NCBI GenBank assembly: GCA_030593145.1
Contig: JAUVHU010000006.1
Location: 1,121 to 65,120 of the forward strand
From: Desulfobacteraceae bacterium
GTDB lineage: Bacteria; Desulfobacterota; Desulfobacteria; Desulfobacterales; ETH-SRB1
DNA: 64,000 nucleotides
Reading direction: 5' to 3'
Under the pieces are notes generated by a model. The model saw only the letters and a program-made list of their open reading frames with translations, had not been told where the DNA came from and searched no databases. Numbering within the stretch: the stretch's first letter is position 1; each line of letters opens with the position of its first letter. Below are positions 62,026-64,000 of this stretch, piece by piece. The position numbers and the translations under genes are program-made.

Positions 62026-63885
62026 ATGCATTCATCTCAAGCAGACAACTTTAAAACAATCCTTTTAGTTTCAACACCATGGCCCTTTTACAGCCGTCCG
62101 TCTATTCAGCTTGGCGCTTTAAAGGCCTATTTGAAATCCGAGTTTCCGGAATTGGGAATTAAGGCCTTTCATCTTTACCTGAAGGTAGCTGAAAGTATCG
62201 GATACAAAAAATATCATGAAATTTCGGAAAGAACATGGCTGGCAGAATCAATATATGCGGCTCTGTTATTTCCGGAAAGAATCAATGAGATCAAGAAGGT
62301 TTTTTACCGTGAGGCCAGGGGTAAAACCTCGCTTAGAAATGTGGATTTTAGCGCTCTCACAAGCCGTGTAAAAGAAGTATCAGAAGAAATTGTCAGTATA
62401 GTGGACTGGGGAAAATGCGGTCTTGTCGGTTTTTCTATCTGTCTTTGTCAGCTCACTTCTTCTCTTTATTTTATCAGAAAGATAAAAGAAATTGTTCCGG
62501 ATCTTCTTATAGTGGTGGGCGGTTCTGTGTTTGCTGGAGAAAATACCCATGATTTGCTGAAAACATTCAGTGAAATAGATTTTGTGGTCAATGGGGAAGG
62601 GGAGCTTCCTCTCAGCAAACTGGTTCGTCACATCAAAAATTCCGGCAGTATTGCCGACTTGCCTTCTATACCAGGAGTTGTCGCAAGAAATGGTTCTAAC
62701 GCCGATTGCGCTGTTTCCTTTCATCAGATGTCGGATCTGACTAAACTTCCACCACCCGACTATGATGATTATTTTCATTTAATGAAAACCTTTCCCAAAG
62801 AAAAAACTTTTTTCCCAACCCTTTCCACAGAGTCTTCCAGGGGGTGCTGGTGGAAAGGGTCGAAAAAATCAGGCTGCGCTTTCTGCAATCTTAATCTTCA
62901 GTGGGACGGTTACAGAACCAAGACTGCAAGCCAGGTGGTTTCGGAAATAGATTTTCTGACAAGCAAATACAAAACACTTTCTGTTGTTTTTACTGACAAT
63001 CTGCTTCCGGTTCGGGAGAGCGCCGAGATTTTCCCCATGCTTGATAAACTTGGTAAAGATCTACGTCTTTTCGCGGAGATTCGGGCTAATACGCCTAAAA
63101 GAATTTTAAAAGCCATGCGTCTCGGCGGAGTATGTGAAGTGCAGATAGGGATTGAGGCGTTAAGTTCGAGGTTGCTTAAAAAGTTAAACAAGGGAACAAC
63201 CGCTATTTGCAACCTGGAGATCATGAAAAATTGTGAAGAGCTCGGTATTTCAAATGTTTCAAATCTTATTTTCTGCTTTCCGGGAAGTGATACGGCAGAT
63301 GTGGAGGAAACATTGCATACACTGGAATTTGCGACCTCCTTTCGTCCATTGCGGGCTGTATATTTCTGGCTTGGACTTGGAAGTCCGGTCTGGCAGAATC
63401 GTAAATCATTCGGCCTGACAGCGGTTTTTAACCACCCAAACTATGCGGCGCTGTTTCCTCCTGATATTTTCCGGTCAATCCGTTTTATGATACAGTCTTA
63501 CAGGGGGGACAGGGAATATCAAAATAAGCTGTGGCAGCCTGTAAAGAAAAAGGTAAAAGCATGGAACAGATTATATAATGAACTCCAGGGCGGATTTTCA
63601 TCTTCCCCAATTCTTAGTTTTAGAGATGGGCGTGATTTTTTGATTGTCCGCCAGAAACGGATTGGAGGAGATCCCCTGACACACCGTATTGTAGGCATCT
63701 ACAGAGACATATATCTTTTTTGTTCTAAACAGCGTTCGTTAAAACGTATTGTCGCTACTTTCCCACAGTTAAAGGAAGATAAGATTGTAAAATTTTTGAA
63801 GATGATGGTAGATAAAAGATTAACCTTTGAAGAAAATGGCAGATATCTCAGCCTGGCAATCAGGTTAAACCTGATGCCTTCGTAA
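62026..63885 (+). CDS. B12-binding-domain radical SAM protein, RiPP-maturation (C-methyltransferase-like) type
   Basis: N-terminal ILLVSTPWPFYSRPSIQLGALKAYL, a B12-like LLIVVGGSVFAG..VVNGEGE, and a cluster motif SSRGCWWKGSKKSGCAFCNL (extended C..C-x2-C with CWW, as in RiPP maturation rSAM proteins). Confidence 0.6.
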   Translation: MHSSQADNFKTILLVSTPWPFYSRPSIQLGALKAYLKSEFPELGIKAFHLYLKVAESIGYKKYHEISERTWLAESIYAALLFPERINEIKKVFYREARGKTSLRNVDFSALTSRVKEVSEEIVSIVDWGKCGLVGFSICLCQLTSSLYFIRKIKEIVPDLLIVVGGSVFAGENTHDLLKTFSEIDFVVNGEGELPLSKLVRHIKNSGSIADLPSIPGVVARNGSNADCAVSFHQMSDLTKLPPPDYDDYFHLMKTFPKEKTFFPTLSTESSRGCWWKGSKKSGCAFCNLNLQWDGYRTKTASQVVSEIDFLTSKYKTLSVVFTDNLLPVRESAEIFPMLDKLGKDLRLFAEIRANTPKRILKAMRLGGVCEVQIGIEALSSRLLKKLNKGTTAICNLEIMKNCEELGISNVSNLIFCFPGSDTADVEETLHTLEFATSFRPLRAVYFWLGLGSPVWQNRKSFGLTAVFNHPNYAALFPPDIFRSIRFMIQSYRGDREYQNKLWQPVKKKVKAWNRLYNELQGGFSSSPILSFRDGRDFLIVRQKRIGGDPLTHRIVGIYRDIYLFCSKQRSLKRIVATFPQLKEDKIVKFLKMMVDKRLTFEENGRYLSLAIRLNLMPS

Positions 63886-63965
63886 AAAGTCTTTTGTGAA
63901 CGTCTCAATTGCGCCCAAAATGGTCACGAAGTGAACAAAATGGACTTTTTACGAGTTCATCAAAC

Positions 63966-64000
63966 CTAAATTGAGTGATTTTTTTATAAGAGCTAATCGC
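63966..64000. repeat. partial second copy of the 35446 palindrome arm (cut by window end)
   Basis: aacctaaattgagtgattttttta at this site compared with aacctaaattgagcgatttttta at 35445. Confidence 0.55.

Noticed and set aside
63886-63945. Possible degenerate inverted copy of the 31-nt repeat (cttttgtgaacgtctcaattgcgcccaaaatgg)
   Set aside because: Only ~70% identity over the core by eye, which is too weak to call without a computed alignment.

Overview
This 64-kb window looks like a chromosomal segment from a flagellated, probably Desulfobacterales-like deltaproteobacterium. That assignment is inferred from gene content and order only. Nearly all genes are on the + strand.

Gene content, in order:
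- 1-25.7 kb: a flagellin-glycosylation island. It holds several GT1/GT2/CgeB-like/TPR glycosyltransferases, a near-complete CMP-pseudaminic-acid pathway (pseB, pseC, GNAT, cytidylyltransferase, pseG, pseI), many tailoring enzymes and a Maf protein.
- 25.8-35.5 kb: the filament locus (flagellin, a giant fliD, fliS). It is interrupted by small accessory genes: XRE, DUF433, an internally deleted DUF5615 remnant, an AAA/DUF4143 ATPase and a four-helix-bundle (23S-IVS family) gene.
- 35.7-40.9 kb: tolQ-tolR-tolA-tolB-pal-cpoB.
- 41.0-43.2 kb: ruvC-ruvA-ruvB.
- 43.3-47.5 kb: a peptidoglycan-trimming/bactofilin operon (Csd6-like, membrane protein, Csd4-like, bactofilin).
- 47.5-64 kb: an EEP-family hydrolase, rplM-rpsI, a PPC/DUF296 gene, an HTH-Zn-ribbon gene, an uncharacterised protein with primase-polymerase-like motifs divergent from rtcA, a DUF456 gene, a yejBEF-like ABC importer without a binding protein, larE-like, mscS-like and a B12/radical-SAM RiPP-type maturase.

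No rRNA, tRNA or CRISPR array was seen.

The most unusual signal is non-genic. About 20 gene junctions are filled with degenerate tandem arrays of strict 7-nt period, in several sequence flavours and both polarities.
- The arrays begin at or on stop codons.
- They supply start codons and C-terminal tails of ORFs.
- They occur twice in frame inside pseC.
- They flank the four-helix-bundle gene as inverted arms.

Also present are a dispersed 31-nt repeat family, three long imperfect palindromes, matched sigma28 promoters for flagellin and fliD, and an exact-consensus sigma54 promoter ahead of the pse operon.

All functional calls rest on motifs read by eye. No database search was run.
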